Under the pieces are notes generated by a model that saw only the letters and a list, made by a program, of their open reading frames with translations, was not told where the DNA came from and searched no databases. The translations under genes and the position numbers were made by a program. Shown piece by piece: positions 11,758 through 25,039 of a stretch of DNA of 64,000 bases (its first letter is position 1; each line of letters begins with the position of its first letter). Source of the stretch: an uncultured Chloroflexia bacterium. GTDB taxonomy: Bacteria > Chloroflexota > Chloroflexia > Thermomicrobiales > JALYUS01. The stretch lies in NCBI GenBank assembly GCA_963847195.1, contig CAWJZC010000027.1:115323-179322 (forward strand), in the 5' to 3' direction.

Positions 11758-12248
11758 GTGAAAAGCGCAGACGATGAAAGCATAGATGTCGCCGCGACCA
11801 TCGCGACGTTGCGGGCGCAGGCGGTCGCACGCGGCAAGGCGATGGGGCTCTCCGAGCGGCACGCCGCTCGATGATCCACTGCGGCGGGCGGAGGATTTGG
11901 CGCACATCTCCGCGCATTTCCCGATCATGTGGACGCATCCCCATTGTCGGGCGCGGGCTCGCGCTCGCCCAGCGCGCGATGCGCATCGGGCTGCGCTGGT
12001 ATATCAATCCGATTGTCGATCAGATCAACGACTTCAATGAGGCGACAGTCGTCGCGCTCAATGCGCTCGCCGCGCGGCAGGAAGCGCTCGCGCTCCGCAT
12101 CGCGGCGCTGGAATCCGGCGATGGCCCTAACCCCCCAGCCCCCTTCCCCACCGGGGAAGGGGGAGCAAACGGGGAAAGAGCACAAGCGGCTGAGTCACCC
12201 CTCTCCCGCGTGGCGGGGGAAGGGCAGGGGGTGGGGGTCGCCCTGTGA
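11758..12248 (+). CDS. Small coiled-coil hypothetical protein in the glycosylation cluster, frameshifted
   Basis: IDVAATIATLR..; LRWYINPIVDQINDFNEA..LAARQEALALRIAALE. Confidence 0.55.
12125..12238. repeat. REP-like element (ccctaacccccc..cccttcccc/ggggaagggg..ccctctccc..gggggtgggg)
   Basis: Two C-rich/G-rich hairpins nested in an outer inverted repeat; similar elements at 43185-43239 and 54974-55106. Confidence 0.7.
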
Positions 12249-13283
12249 ACATCGTCATTGCGGCGACGCAGGTGCCGTATGTCCGTGGCGGCGCGGAAGT
12301 GCTCGTGGATGGGCTGGCGGCGGCGTTGGAGCGGGCCGGGCATCGTGTCGCGGTCGTCGCGCTTGCCCTTCCGCTGGTATCCGCCGTCGGCCATCCCGTC
12401 GCACGCGCTCGCCTGGCGGCTGCTCGATCTGACCGAGGCGAACGGCGTAAAGATCGATCGCGTGATCTGCACGAAGTTCCCGACGTGGGCGGTGCGCCAC
12501 CCGAACAAAGTCGCCTGGGTCGTCCATCAGCACCGGCAGGCGTACGACTGGTACGGCACGCCGCTCTCGGACTTCGCCAACACGCCGGACGACCGGCGGG
12601 TGCGCGAGAGCATCCGCGCCATCGACGCGCGCGGTCTTGGGCGAATGCGCGCGGGTGTACGGCATCTCGCGCAATGTCGTCGCCCGCCTCGCCCGCTTCA
12701 ACGGCATCACCGGCACGCCGCTCTATCCGCCGACGACGCTGACCGGCCTCGTGCCGGGCGGCGCTGACGACGGCTTCCTCCTCTCCGTCGCCCGGCTGGA
12801 TGCGGCGAAGCGGCTCGATCTCGTCCTGCGTGCCGTCGCTGCGTGCAACGGAGATCGTGCCGCTCCGCATCGTCTCGGATGGCCCGGAGCGGGAACGGCT
12901 GGAAAAATTGGCGACGGACGTTGGGCATCGCGCGACCGCGTCCGGTTCCTCGGGCGGGTGCCGGACGACGAACTCGTGCGGCTCTATCGCTCGTGTCGCG
13001 CCGTCGTTTACGTGCCGGTGGACGAGGATTACGGGTATGCCGCCGTCGAGGCGTTGATGGCCGGCAAGCCCGTCTTGACGACCGAATGACAGCGGCGGCG
13101 TGCGCGAATTCGTGCGCGATGGCGAGAATGGCGCGGTCGTCGCGCCGGAGCCGACGCACGCTTGCGGCGGCACTCGACCGCTGGTGGCGGACGCCCGGTG
13201 CAGCGGCCACGCTCGGCAGGAACGGCGTGCGAGCAGTGGCGGGGATCAACTGGGAGCGTGTCGTGCGGGAACTGACGCGATGA
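12245..13283 (+). CDS. Glycosyltransferase family 4, frameshifted
   Basis: QVPYVRGGAEVL, ICTKFPTW, HQHRQAYD, VARLDAAKRLDL, PVDEDYGYAAVEALMAGKPV. Confidence 0.88.
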
Positions 13284-14713
13284 GCGGCAAGCGGGCGCGC
13301 GTCGCCTATTTCACGCCGTTGCAGCCGGTCGAGTCGGGCATCTCGCAGTACAGCGAAGACCTCATCCCGTGGCTCGGCTTCCGCCGTCGATCTCGATGTC
13401 GTCGTCGATCACTATGCCCCGACATTGGCGGCGATCGCTCGCGCCCGCGCGGATTGTGGATGCCCGCCGATTCAATCGCGCGGCGCTACGACGCGATGGT
13501 GCTCCAGATGGGCAACAGCCCCGCGCACAACTACATGGTGCCGCTGGCGCTCGACCGGCCCGATGTGCTCGTTCTGCACGACATCGTCTTGCATCATCTG
13601 ATGGTCTGGCGCGCGGTGCAGGGGCGCGGTGGCCGGGAGGCATACCGGCAGGAGATGCGGGAGCGCTACGGCGACGCGGGCGAGGCCGTGGCCGATCTCG
13701 TGCTGCGCGGGCAGAATCCGGTCGCGATGTTCGAGTATCCGCTCAATGAAGGGCTGATCCGCTCGGCGCGGACGGTCGTCACGCATAGCCCGTCGTCGGC
13801 TGCGTGGGTCGAGCGGCTCGTGCCGGGTGCGCGGACGCATGTCGTTCCGATGGGCGTGCCGATGATCGAGCCGGTCGATCGTGCCGCGGCGCGCGCCGCG
13901 TTGGAGATTCCGCCGGATGACGTTCGTCGATCCTCTCACTCGGGCGCGTCAATCCGTTCAAGCGGATCCCGGCGGTCTTCCGCGCCGTGCGCCGCCTCGC
14001 AGACGAGCACCCGAACGTGCTGATGCTGATCGTCGGCGGCGACTCGCCGAACTACGATGTGCCGCGATTGGCGCGCTTCGCGCGGATCGAGGGCAACGTG
14101 CGGCGGCTCGGCTACGTGCCGGACGACGCGCTGCCCGATCTCTTCGCCGCCGCCGATGTGCTGCGTCAATCTTCGCTACCCGACAGCGGGCGAGACCTCC
14201 GCCGCCGTGCTTGCGCCTGATGAGCGCCGGACTGCCGACCATCGTCACCGATACCGGCGCATTCTCCGACCTCCCCGATGATGCAGTGCTGAAGGTGCCG
14301 CCCGATGCCTTCGAGGGCGAACTGCTCGCCACCTACTTGCGCGCGCTCGCCACCGAATGAACGGTTTCGCCGCGCGATCGGTGCAAATGCCCGCGCCTTC
14401 GTGCTCCGCGAGCACACGATGCGCCGCGCGACGGAGGGATACCTTGATGTGCTGCGCGAGGTGACCGGACATGCCGCTCGATCCGGCGCTCATTCGGGAG
14501 CCGCCCCCTCCGATGCACAGACATCACACCCTGCCCGCTGCGTCAACGTTCCCGTCTTTGCACGAGGCAACGCCTCCAGACATCGACGCCGATTCCGCTC
14601 CTGGCGCCCGTCGCGGACGCATTGGCGGAGATCGGCCTCGGCAATGACGCGGCACTGATCGAAGAGACGGCGCGGCATTTCGCGGCGCTGCGGATCGGCG
14701 TGCCGCGTCATAG
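13280..14713 (+). CDS. Glycosyltransferase family 4, frameshifted
   Basis: YFTPLQPVESGISQYS, QMGNSPAH, VLHDIVLHH, NLRYPTAGETSAA. Confidence 0.85.
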
Positions 14714-14898
14714 GTGACGGCGGGTTCGCGACGCCTCCTGATGCTCCGGGGCGATAGGCTCGATTCGGCCGGGTGTTCGCTGTCCACCCGGCCGGGTGGT
14801 GTACAATGCGCCAAACGCGCGACCGCCGAGGCGGGTGTACGTTCTATGGGTAGAGGTATGACGTGGGGACGATATGCAGCAGGCGACGACGAGACGAA

Positions 14899-15861
14899 AT
14901 GACAGCAACCGCGCCGGGTGCGGCGGCCTATTTGCCCGCCGGGACGACCCTCTCCATCGTCATCCCGGCGTACAACGAGGCGGCGGGCATTCGCGCGGTC
15001 CTTCGCCGCGTCTGCGGCGATTATCCCGATGCGGAAATCATCGTGGTGGACGACGGCAGCACGGACGGCACCGGCGATCAATTGCAGGGCCTGCCGATCC
15101 GCGTGCGTGCGCAGCCCGTATAACAAGGGCAATGGCGCGTCGGTCAAGGCGGGCATCCGCGCCGCGCGGGGCGATTACGTGCTCCTCCTCGATGCGGACG
15201 GTCAGCAGGAACCGGCGGACATCGGCAAGTTGCTCATCCACACCGGCGTCTATGACTTGATCGTCGGCGCGCGGGTGAAGTCGTCGCAGCAGAACCATCT
15301 CCGCGCGCTCGGCAATGGCGCGCTGGAGCGGATGGCATCGTACCTCGCCGGGACGCGCATCCCGGACCTGACGAGCGGTTTTCGCGTCTTCCGGCGGGCG
15401 GTGATCATGGAGTTCATCCATCTCCTGCCGAACCGCTATTCATACCCGACGACGAGCACGCTCGCCTTCCTGAAGGCGGGGTACAACGTGACCTTCGTGC
15501 CGATCGTCGCCAACAAGCGGCGCGGCGGCAAGAGCGGCCAGAAATTGCTGCAAAACGGCGTGCGCTTCACCCTGATAATCCTGCGCATGATTACCCTCTT
15601 CAGCCCGATGAAGATTTTCGCGCCGCTCGCCGCTCGTCCTCTTCCTCCTCGGGACTGGGATACGGCGTGTACACCACCATCACGCAGGTGCATATCACCA
15701 ACTCCACCGTCCTGCTCTGCCTGACGAGCATCATCATCTTCCTGATGGGACTGATCTCCGAGCAGATCGCCGCGCTGCGCTTCGAGCGGGTCGAGCGGGT
15801 CGATGACTCCGCCCGCCCGCGCGACATGGATGGGCCCGGCCGCGGCCCAGCGCCGGAGTGA
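14899..15861 (+). CDS. Glycosyltransferase family 2 (polyprenol-phosphate glycosyltransferase/DPM1-like) with C-terminal TM helices
   Basis: SIVIPAYNEA, IVVDDGSTDGT, NKGNGAS, LDADGQ, DLTSGFR, ITLFSPMKIF. Confidence 0.88.
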
Positions 15862-16869
15862 CGCCCGTGCCCGCCCGCTCCACCGCGACTGCGTCCGCCT
15901 GCGCCGCTGGCTGCCGCGCCTGCTCGGGTCTGGCGCTCTCGGTCGTCGCAATTGTCGTCGTCGGCCCGCGCGATGTGGCGCGTGGCCTGCGGGCGGCGAA
16001 CCCGTGGCTGGTGGCCATCGCGGCGGTCGCGGTCTTCCCGCTGCTCGCGCCGAAGGCGCGCCGCTGGCAGATCGTGCTCGCCGATTTCGGCATCGCGCTG
16101 CCGTGGCGGGACGCCTTCCGTTTCTACGCGATCGGCCTCTGGGCGGCGATTGTCACGCCCGGCCAGTTGGGTGACGGGCTGAAAGCGTGGTATGTGCAGA
16201 GCCGGGGCGGCAACCTCGCGCCCGCACTCGCCAGCGTCGTTGTCGATCGCTTGTTCGATGTGCTGATGCTGCTCGCCGCCGCCGCGCTCGGTGTGGCGGT
16301 CTATGGGGCGGCATTCGGCGCGCAGTTCGCGCTCGTCGGCGTCCTGACCGTCGTTACCATCGTCGGGATTGTCGTCGCCGCGCGGCCCGTCGTTGCGGCA
16401 TCGCGCCGCCGCGCTGCTACCCGGCGCCGGTGCGCGCGCGCCTCGCGCGGATGCGCTGGGTCGGCGCGCTGCGAGACGCGCACCTCGCCGGGGCGAGCCT
16501 CGCGCTGCGCGCTCGGTTGGTCGCTCGTCTCCTTCGCGCGCGACGCTCGCACGCATTTATCTCTGTTTCCGCGCGCTCGATATCCGGCTGCCGCTCGTGA
16601 CGTTTATCGCGGTCGTCGGCCTCTCGTCGCTCGCGGGGCTGCTCTCGGTCAGCGGCATCGGCACGCGCGACTGGGCGCTGATCGCGCTCCTCGGCCGCGA
16701 GCATATCGGCCACGAGACCGCCCTCGCCGCATCCTTCCTGATCCTCTTCCTCAATCTCACGAACATCGTGCCGGGGCTGATCGCGTGGTATCGCGACCCG
16801 GTGCCGCTCCGCCGGCGCGCGTCGGTCGAGGCGAGCGATCTGCCGAGCGCGCGCGGGAGTCGCGTCATG
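15858..16869 (+). CDS. Lysylphosphatidylglycerol synthase TM-domain / flippase-like protein (YbhN/AglD2 type)
   Basis: KARRWQ, VTPGQLGDGLKAWY, SVVVDRLFD, SVSGIGTRD. Confidence 0.8.
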
Positions 16870-19800
16870 AGCGGCGGCAGGTTGGCGTTGCGGAACACGC
16901 TCGTCCGCCTCGTTGATCTGGACGGCCTTCGTCGCGCTTGGCTTTGTCGGCGTCGTGCATACCGGCCTGACCGATGGCCCGGCGGGCGCGGTCTTCGCGA
17001 CGGCGCAGAGCATCGTCCAGCAGCAGACAATCGCCATCGACGGCAACACGGCGCTGGTCGGCCCGCTCGATGGCCCGACGCCCGGCCTCGCCTATGCGAA
17101 CAACCATTTCGTCGCCACCGCCGAGCCGGGCGCGGCGCTCCTCGCGGTGCCCGCCGCATGGGTGGGCATTCCGCTGGCGGACGGACTCAACGATCCGGGC
17201 GCGGCGGTCCTCCTGGTCGGCGTGCAGGCGGTGCTGCTCGCGCTGCTCGCGGCGGTGGCGCTCGGTTGGGCGGGGGTGCGCCTCGGTCTGTCGCCCGTGA
17301 TCGCCCTGGTCGCGGGCGCCATCGGTGCGGGCGCGCTGCTCTTCCCGGTCGGCGCGCTGACGAACGCGGTCATCGTGTTCTTGCTGGCGTCCGCGCTCCT
17401 CGCGCTCGTCCTCGCGGACGGCGCGGATGAGCGGGTCGAGGCGGGCTGGACGCCGCATGGGCGCCTCACGCTGGCGGGATTGCTGCTCGGCTGCCTGCCG
17501 TTCGCGATCTGGTACTGGCTGGATTGGCGGCGGGCGTGATCGGCGTCGACGCTGATCGTGCAGGGTGGGCGGCGCTGGTGGCGGCGCATCCCGTGGCTCG
17601 CGCTCGGGGCCGCGCCGCCGCTGGCGCTCCTCGCGCTCTACAACACCGCGTGGTACGGGCGGCCGTGGCGCGGCGCGTGGCTCTATGCGCTCGGCGAGCC
17701 CTGGCAGCGGACGGTGCGCGGTCGGTACCTCGACACGCCACTGACGGCGCTGCGTGCGTCGCTGCAGGCCACCGGCGCGCTCGCCGCGCGCCATCCGCTG
17801 CTCGTCCTCGGCTGGATGCGGGCTGGTCGTCGGCCTCTTTTACGTGCCGTGGCGTGCGCGAGTCGGCGACCGATGCTGCTCTTTGTCGACGCTGGCGGTC
17901 CCGGCGCTTGATCGAGCGGCAGCCGAACGGCATCGTCGCCGAGCAGCGCGGCGCGGTCGTGCTCGTGGCCATTCGCGGCGGCTGGGTATCTGCTGCTGAT
18001 CGCCCTCGTCGCGCGCGAGAGGCCCGTGTGGCTGCCGTGGGCGCTCCTCGCCGGGGTGCGCGTGCATCGCTGCGGGCGCGGTCGTCGAGCGTCGTCACCG
18101 ATGGGGCGCAGATGCGCCCGGCGATCGTCGCGGTTGGCAATAACCGCGCCGCGTATGTCGCCCCCGTCGCGCTCTGCGTCGGCGTGATCGTCGCTCCTGC
18201 TCGTGCCGGGATTGCACGTCCCGCGCGTGCGCGACGAGCGTGCGCTGGCGCTGAGCGGCGTCGCGATCCTGCTGCTCGTCTCGTTGTCCGGGTGCGGCGC
18301 GACGCCCTCCCCGCGCGAGGTGGCGACGAACCCGGCGCCGAATCTGCTGCCGCCGGTCTCGACGCGCCTCGACGATCGGGCGCGGTCAACCCGCTCTGGA
18401 CGCTCGACGCGAACGCGCGCATCGCGCCGGATGGTGGATCCCTCACGGCGATCAAAGAGACCGGCACGGCGACCTCGCCGCGCGTGCCCGTCCACGCGGG
18501 CGACGACTATCTGCTCTCCGCCCATGTCCTGCTGACGCAAGCGCCTCCGCTGCGGTCGCGGCGCGCATCGCCTGGTTCGACGCGATGCAGCGCCCCCTCG
18601 GCGAGAGCGCGATGCACCTCGCCGCCGGGCTGCCGTCGCAGGAGAGCGCGGCGCCCGCCGGCGCCGCGATACGCTGCTGTATCTCGCTCGTCGATCCCGT
18701 CCGGCGCGCTGGTTGACACGATCCGCCTTCAGCCGCGCGATGGCGGGCGGATCGACGCGCTACCGAACTACGCCAAGGCGGCGCTCGCCTTCTCCTTCGA
18801 TTTCGAGACGGCGATGGGCGGTTTGATCCACACGCGCGGCGGGACGACCGATCACGATGTCGCCGATGCCGAGGCGCGCGCGATGGCGATGCGCGACGGC
18901 GCGACGTTCCTGCGGCGGCTCTTCGCGGCGTACGACACGCGGGCGACCTTCTATGTCAATGGCTACAACTTCCTCACCGGCAACACGCAGCACCGCCAGT
19001 TCGTCGGCAACCCGACCTATACGCGCTACACCGCCGCGACGGCGGGCTTCGCCTCGGATTACTGGGCGACGCATCCGTGGTACAGCGATGACCCCTTCGG
19101 CACGGAGGAGACCAACCCGGCGTGGTATTTCGGCTCGCTGACCAAGCAGCTGGCGCAGGATGGCCACGACATCGAGTCGCATACCTTCGGCCATCTCTTC
19201 CTGCACGCGGGGATCACGCGCGCAGCAACTGGACGACGATCTGACGGCGTGGGACGCGCTGGCGAAGGAGAACGGCTACGCACCGGCGCACTCGTTCGCC
19301 TTCCCGTGGGGCGCTTCCAACAGCCTGACGGCGGAGTACTACGCGGTGCTCGCCAAACACGGCATCACGAATGTGACGCGGTTCTACGACAACAAACCGG
19401 GCACGGTGCAACTGGGCACGGTGCCGGTCTATCCGCAAATCCGCGTCGTGCCCGATCAGGAATTGATCGACCGCGCCGGCGATGAGGCGGCGGCGCAGCG
19501 CGGCATCGACACGGCGCTCGCCTTCGGCGGCGTCTTCTCGGTCTGGGCCCATCCCGAGAACATCGCGACGGCGAATGCGCAGGCGATCTGGGGCCGCGTC
19601 GTCGCCTACGCGGCGGACCGGCGGTCGCTCGGCCTCTGGGTCGCGCCGGTGACGACGATCACAAATTTCGTCGATGCCCGCGACCAATCTCCGCCTGTCG
19701 AGCGTGCAGGTCGGCGCCCGACACCGTCCTCACGGTCCGTAACGACGGCACGAGCGGCTGCAACGATGCGACGATCACGCTGCCGGCCTGCCGAAACAGG

Positions 19801-19907
19801 TCGGTTGGACGGGGGGTAGCGGCACACGCGACATCAATGGCGCGCAGATTCGCATCGGCAACATCGCGCCCGGCGAGACGGTGACCATCGAGGTTCGGTA
19901 CCCGTGA
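16866..19907 (+). CDS. Multi-pass membrane protein followed by, possibly fused to, a polysaccharide deacetylase (NodB/CE4) domain; many frameshifts
   Basis: Hydrophobic N-terminal region; LAFSFDFE, RATFYVNG, GHDIESHTFGH, SFAFPWG, SVWAH CE4 motifs at 18780-19600. Confidence 0.65.
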
Positions 19908-22413
19908 GCGGGGCGACAATGGATGCCCCGTCAGCCGCCCCGCGAGATCTGCGGGCGGGATGCGCGGCCGGGTGGCGTCGCCTGCCCGCCGTCCTTCGAC
20001 GGTGTGCCCTCGCGGTCGGGATCGCGCTCGTCGCCTATCTCGCCTTCATCCCCATCGCGCGAGCGGTGACCTTTGATGTCGGCCGCTTCCCGGATCGCCT
20101 CGTCATCGCCGGATTCAATGGCGACGAGCGCGACAATGGCGTCGACCTATCGCTGGACGAACGACCGCAGCGACGATCGCCATTCCCGGCTATGGCGGCG
20201 TGCGCGAGCGCGCATGTCGAGGTGGTTGCGCGCAACGGGCGCGGCACACGCGGCGGAGACGCCGTTCACCGTCGATCTCGGCGGTGGCGGCGCGACGGTC
20301 GGTGCCATCGACCAGCTTCACGCCCGTGCTCGCCGATCTCCGCGCGCGCGAGCGGCGGCGCGAACCTCACCGTGCGCATCGGCGCGGAGCGGTACAGCCC
20401 CGCCAATGGCGATCCCCGCGTCCTCGGCGTCCAGATCGACAGGGTACGCGATCGAACCGTTGACGGCGTCGTGGTGGGCGGGCGCGCGGGGCGGTTGGCC
20501 CTGGGCGTTGCGCATGCTCGCTGCTCGCGGTCGTCATTGCCCTCGCCGTCCCATCGGTCTGGAGCGGCGCGGCGGGGGGAGGCGTTGTCGCGCTGCATCG
20601 CGCTCGGCGCATTCGCGATGCCGGAGACGCGCGTCGTCACGCTGCCCTTGCTCGTCCCGGCGGCGAGCACCGTCGCGGCAGTTGGCGCGGCCGCTCGCTG
20701 GGCGCGGCGTCATCCGCTCGCGGGCGCGGCGCCCGGCGGCGGCGGGCCGCGCACCCGCGCGGCCTCTGGCATACGCCTCGATGACGCGCGCCTCTTTCGC
20801 GCGGTCGTAGCCGTGACTCGTTGTCGGCTACGTCGTCGTGGCCGTTGCCGTCATCCGGCAGGTCGATTTCATCGGCCACGCGGACTACGCGGACAACGCG
20901 GTGCGGGCGCGGAACATCGTGCGCGGTCACGGCGATGTGATCGACTACATGCCGCAGTTCTATACACGCCTGCCGCGGATCGTCCACCCGGCGGAGACGT
21001 GGCCGCCGCTGCAGGTCTGGATGATCGCGGTCGTCATTCCGCGTGCTCGGTATCTCGACCGTCGATGGCGAAACTGCCGAATGTGCTCGTCATGGCCGGG
21101 TTGCTGGTGCTGACGGCATGGATCGGCGCGTGGCGATGGTCCCGGCGCGTCGGCCTGCTTGCGGCGATCTTCCTCGCGACGATGCCGCTCTTCTTCGAGG
21201 ATACGCTCTTTCCGGTCAACGATCTCGTCTTCACCCTGCTCTTCGCCGCCTTCATCGTCGCGCTCTACCGGGCGTGGTGCGAGCCGCATGGCGCGGCGTC
21301 GGTTGGCCGCGTGGGGCGACTCCGGGCGTGGCTGCCCGATCTCGCCGTCGGGCGGGAGCGCCGGACTGCTGCTGCTCGCGAAGCCGAGTGGCGCGTTCCT
21401 GATCGGCGGCGCGGTCAGTCGCGGCGTTTCTCGTCGCCCGCCGCGCGGGCCGGACGCCGGGTTGGCGATCTGCCGCGGTCGCGGTCGGAGTCGCGCTCTG
21501 CTGCTACGCGCCGTGGGCGATCCGCAACCTCGTCACCTTCGGCGCCCCATTCCACTCCACGGAGTCGTACGACGCGTGGGTGCTCAAATACGATCCGGCG
21601 CAGCCCGATCGAGGGTATTTACGGCGTCTTCTGGGGGCGACCACTGCCGCATCCGCGCGTGCTGATCGGCTACGGGTACGATCATTTCCTCGCCGTGCAG
21701 GGGCAGCAGTTCGGCCGTCTGTGGGGCGATCTGACGAATGGCGCGCTCGTGCCGCGCCTGCTGCTGCCTTTCATCGTGCTCGGCATGATCGTCGGGGCGA
21801 CGCGGCAAGCCCGGCTTCGGCGCGATGCTGCTGGTGCGGCGCGCTGCCGTACACGCTCTTCGTCCTGCTGTACTGGCACTACGAGGTGCGCTATTTCCTC
21901 GTCTTCGTGCCGTGGCTGCTGCTCTACGCCGCCGTCGGGATCGATTGGGCATGTGACGCGCTCGCGGACCTGGTTCGCCGGCATGGGCAGCGCGCGCTCG
22001 CCCCGCTGCTCGCCGTGGCGCTGCTCGCGGCAGTGATCATCCCGGATGCGCGGGATATTCGCGTCCGCGCCGAGACGCAGACGAGCGGCAATGAGATGGT
22101 CGAGCTCGCCAACTGGCTGAAGGCGAACACCTCGCCCGATGCGGTCGTGATGACGCGCAACCCATGGGAGGTCTCATGGCACAGCGATCGCCGCGCCGTG
22201 ATGCTCCCGCTCGGCAGCATCGACGATGTCTACGCCGTGATGCGCCAGTATGGCGTGACCGTGCTCGCGCTCGATCACATCAACGACCCGAGCACGATCC
22301 GCCAGAGCCTGCTGCCGCTCTATTCGTACAAGGAGATGCCCGGCATCACGCGGCGCTACGACCCCGGCAACAATGCGTACCTCGTCTTCTCGGTCTCGCC
22401 GCCGCCCGCATGA
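19904..22413 (+). CDS. ArnT/PMT-like GT-C glycosyltransferase, frameshifted
   Basis: HADYADNAVRARNIVRGHG, ETWPPLQ, LAKPSG, PWAIRN, HYEVRYF, WLKANTSPDAVVMTRNP. Confidence 0.75.
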
Positions 22414-22456
22414 GAAGGGAAATCGCCGGTGACGGAGGGGCCGCTCACGCATCGTC

Positions 22457-23720
22457 ATGCTCACGTCGTCGTACCCGCTCTACGAGGGCGACATGACCGC
22501 GCCCTTTATTGAGGAGATCGCGGCGGGTGTCGCGGCGCGCGGCCACGAGGTCCATGTCGTGTTGCCCGATCATCCGCGCTTGCGGCGCTCCGGCATCGTG
22601 CGCGGCGTGCATCTCCATCCCTTCGCGGTCGCGCCGGTGCGGTCGTGGGGCGCGGCATGGGGGTACGCGGGCTCGCTGGCGGGCGATGTCGCCGTGACGA
22701 AGGGGGCGGTCGCCATCGCGCCGCTCGCGCTGACGAACGCGACGCGCGCCGTGCGCCGCGTCGCGCGGCAGGTGCGGCCCGATATTCTGCACGCGCATTG
22801 GGTGATCCCGAACGGCCCGCCGGTCGCGGTCGTCGCGCGGCGGCGACAGATGCCGCTCGTCGATCAGCCTGCACGGCTCGGATGTCTTCGTCGCGGAGCG
22901 CCTGCCGCCCGCGCGCCTCGCCGCGCGATGGGCGTTCCGCGCTGCCGCCGCTGTGACGGCTTGCTCCGACGATCTCGCCACGCCGCGCGGTCCGCCTCGG
23001 CGCGCGCGCCGGACGCGGACGACGCGTCGTGCCCGTACGGCGTCGACGCGGCGCAATTCAAGCCGGTGAGCGACGAGACGCGGGCGGCGGTGCGCTCCTG
23101 GTTCGGCGCTGCCGCCGGAGACGCCGCTCTTGCTCTGCGCGGGCCGACTCGTCTATAAGAAGGGGTTCGCGGTCGCGGTGGCCGCCTTCGCGCGCGTCGC
23201 GGCGCGGTTTCCGGAGGCGCGGCTGGTGATCGCGGGTGATGGGCCGCTCGATGGGGCGCTCCGCGCGCAAGCGGTCGCGCTCGGCGTCGGGGAGCGGGTC
23301 ATCTTCGCGGGGCGGGTGGATCGGGCGCGCCATCCGCTCCTCGTCGCGGCCTGCGACCTCTATCTGCTTCCCGTCGGTCCACGATCACCGGGGCAATGTG
23401 GACGGCCTGCCGAACGCGCTCCTCGATGCCCTCGCGGCGGGCTGCCCGGTGATCGCGTCCGATGTCGCCGGGGTCGGGCTGGCCGTCCGCGATGGCGAAA
23501 CGGGCGTGCTCGTGCCGGAGCAGGACGCGGAGGCGCTGGCGGGTGCGATCGCGGCGCTGCTGGACGATCCCGCCGCGCCGCGCCGCGCTCGGGCGCGGCG
23601 GCGCGTGCGGACGTTACGGTGCGTTTGACATGGGCGGCGACGGCGGCGCAATTCGAGTCGGTCTATCGTGACGCGCATGCAGCCGGATGCGCGCTGATCG
23701 GGGAGGGTAGCGGAGTTTGA
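22457..23720 (+). CDS. Glycosyltransferase family 4, frameshifted
   Basis: [51 protein letters not shown]. Confidence 0.88.
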
Positions 23721-25035
23721 GCGACGAGAGGGCCGCGCCGACGGTCGGCATCATCGGCTTGGGGTACGTCGGGCTCTCGTATGCGGTCGCGTTCGCGGAG
23801 GCGGGCTGCACCGTCGTCGGCTGCGATGTGCTGGCGGCGCGCGTCGCCACGATCAATCGGGGCGAGAGCCCGCTGCCGGACATCCTGCCCGACGCGGCGG
23901 TCGCCGCGCAGGTGCGCGGCGGGCCGCCTCTCCGCGACGACCGAGGACGCGCCGCTCGCCGCCTGCGACGCGCTGATTATCGCCGTGCCGACGCCCGTCA
24001 ACGCGACCTATGACCCCGATCTCTCGATGGTGCGCGACGCGACGGCAGCGCATCAGCCGCATCCTGCGGCGCGGGCAATTGATCGTGCTCGAATGCACGA
24101 CCTACCCCGGCACGACCGAGGAGATCGTCGTGCCGATGGTCGAGGCGGCGGGCTTCGACGATCGGTGAGGATGTCTTCGTCGCCTACTCGCCGGAGCGGA
24201 TCGACCCCGGCAACACGAACAGCCAGGGCTGGACGCTGAAGAATACGCCCGAAGGTCGTCGGCGGCTGCACCGAGGCGTGTACGCGGCGCGCGGTCGCCC
24301 TCTACGAGCGGATGACGGAGCGCGTCATCCCCGTCTCGTCGCCGAAGGTGGCGGAGATGGAGAAACTGGTCGAGAACGTCTTTCGCGTCGTCAATATCGC
24401 GCTCGTGGACGAACTGGCGCTCTTGTGCGACCGGATGGGCCTCGATGTCTGGGAAGTGCTCGACGCCGCCGCGACCAAGCCGTACGGCTTCATGCGCTTC
24501 GTGCCCGGCCCCGGCCTCGGCGGGCACTGCATCCCCGTCGATCCGCTCTATTTGACCTGGAAGGCGAAGGCGTACGACTTCCCGACGCGCTTCATCGAAC
24601 TGGCGGTGGAGATCGACCGCCGGATGCCCTACCACGTCCGCGACCTCGTCGTGCGCGCGCTGAACGGGCAGAAGAAGAGCGTCAATGGCAGCCGCGTCCT
24701 GCTGATCGGCGTCGCCTACAAGCCCGACGTGGCGGACACGCGCGAGACGCCCGCCGCCGCGCTCTGGCGACTGCTCGCCGGAGGATGGCGCGTCGGTCTG
24801 CTACCACGATCCCGCATGTGCCCACCTTCCGCGCGCCGGACGGCGAGACGTACGCCTCCGACCGCCCTGACGGACGAACTGCTCCGCGCCGTCGATTGCG
24901 TCGTGATCGTCACGAATCACACGGCGGTCGACTACGCGCGCGATCGTCGCCCGCACCGCCGCGATCGTGGACACGCGCAATCAGACGCGGGGCATCGCGG
25001 CGGGCGAGGGCAGCGCCGCGATTATCCGGCTCTGA
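23717..25035 (+). CDS. UDP-N-acetylhexosamine 6-dehydrogenase (WecC/WbpA/TviB-type nucleotide-sugar dehydrogenase), frameshifted
   Basis: IIGLGYVG, IAVPTP, TTYPGTTE, SPERIDPG, KLVENVFRVVNIA, GPGLGGHCIPVDP, GVAYKPDVADTRE. Confidence 0.9.
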
Positions 25036-25039
25036 TGCG

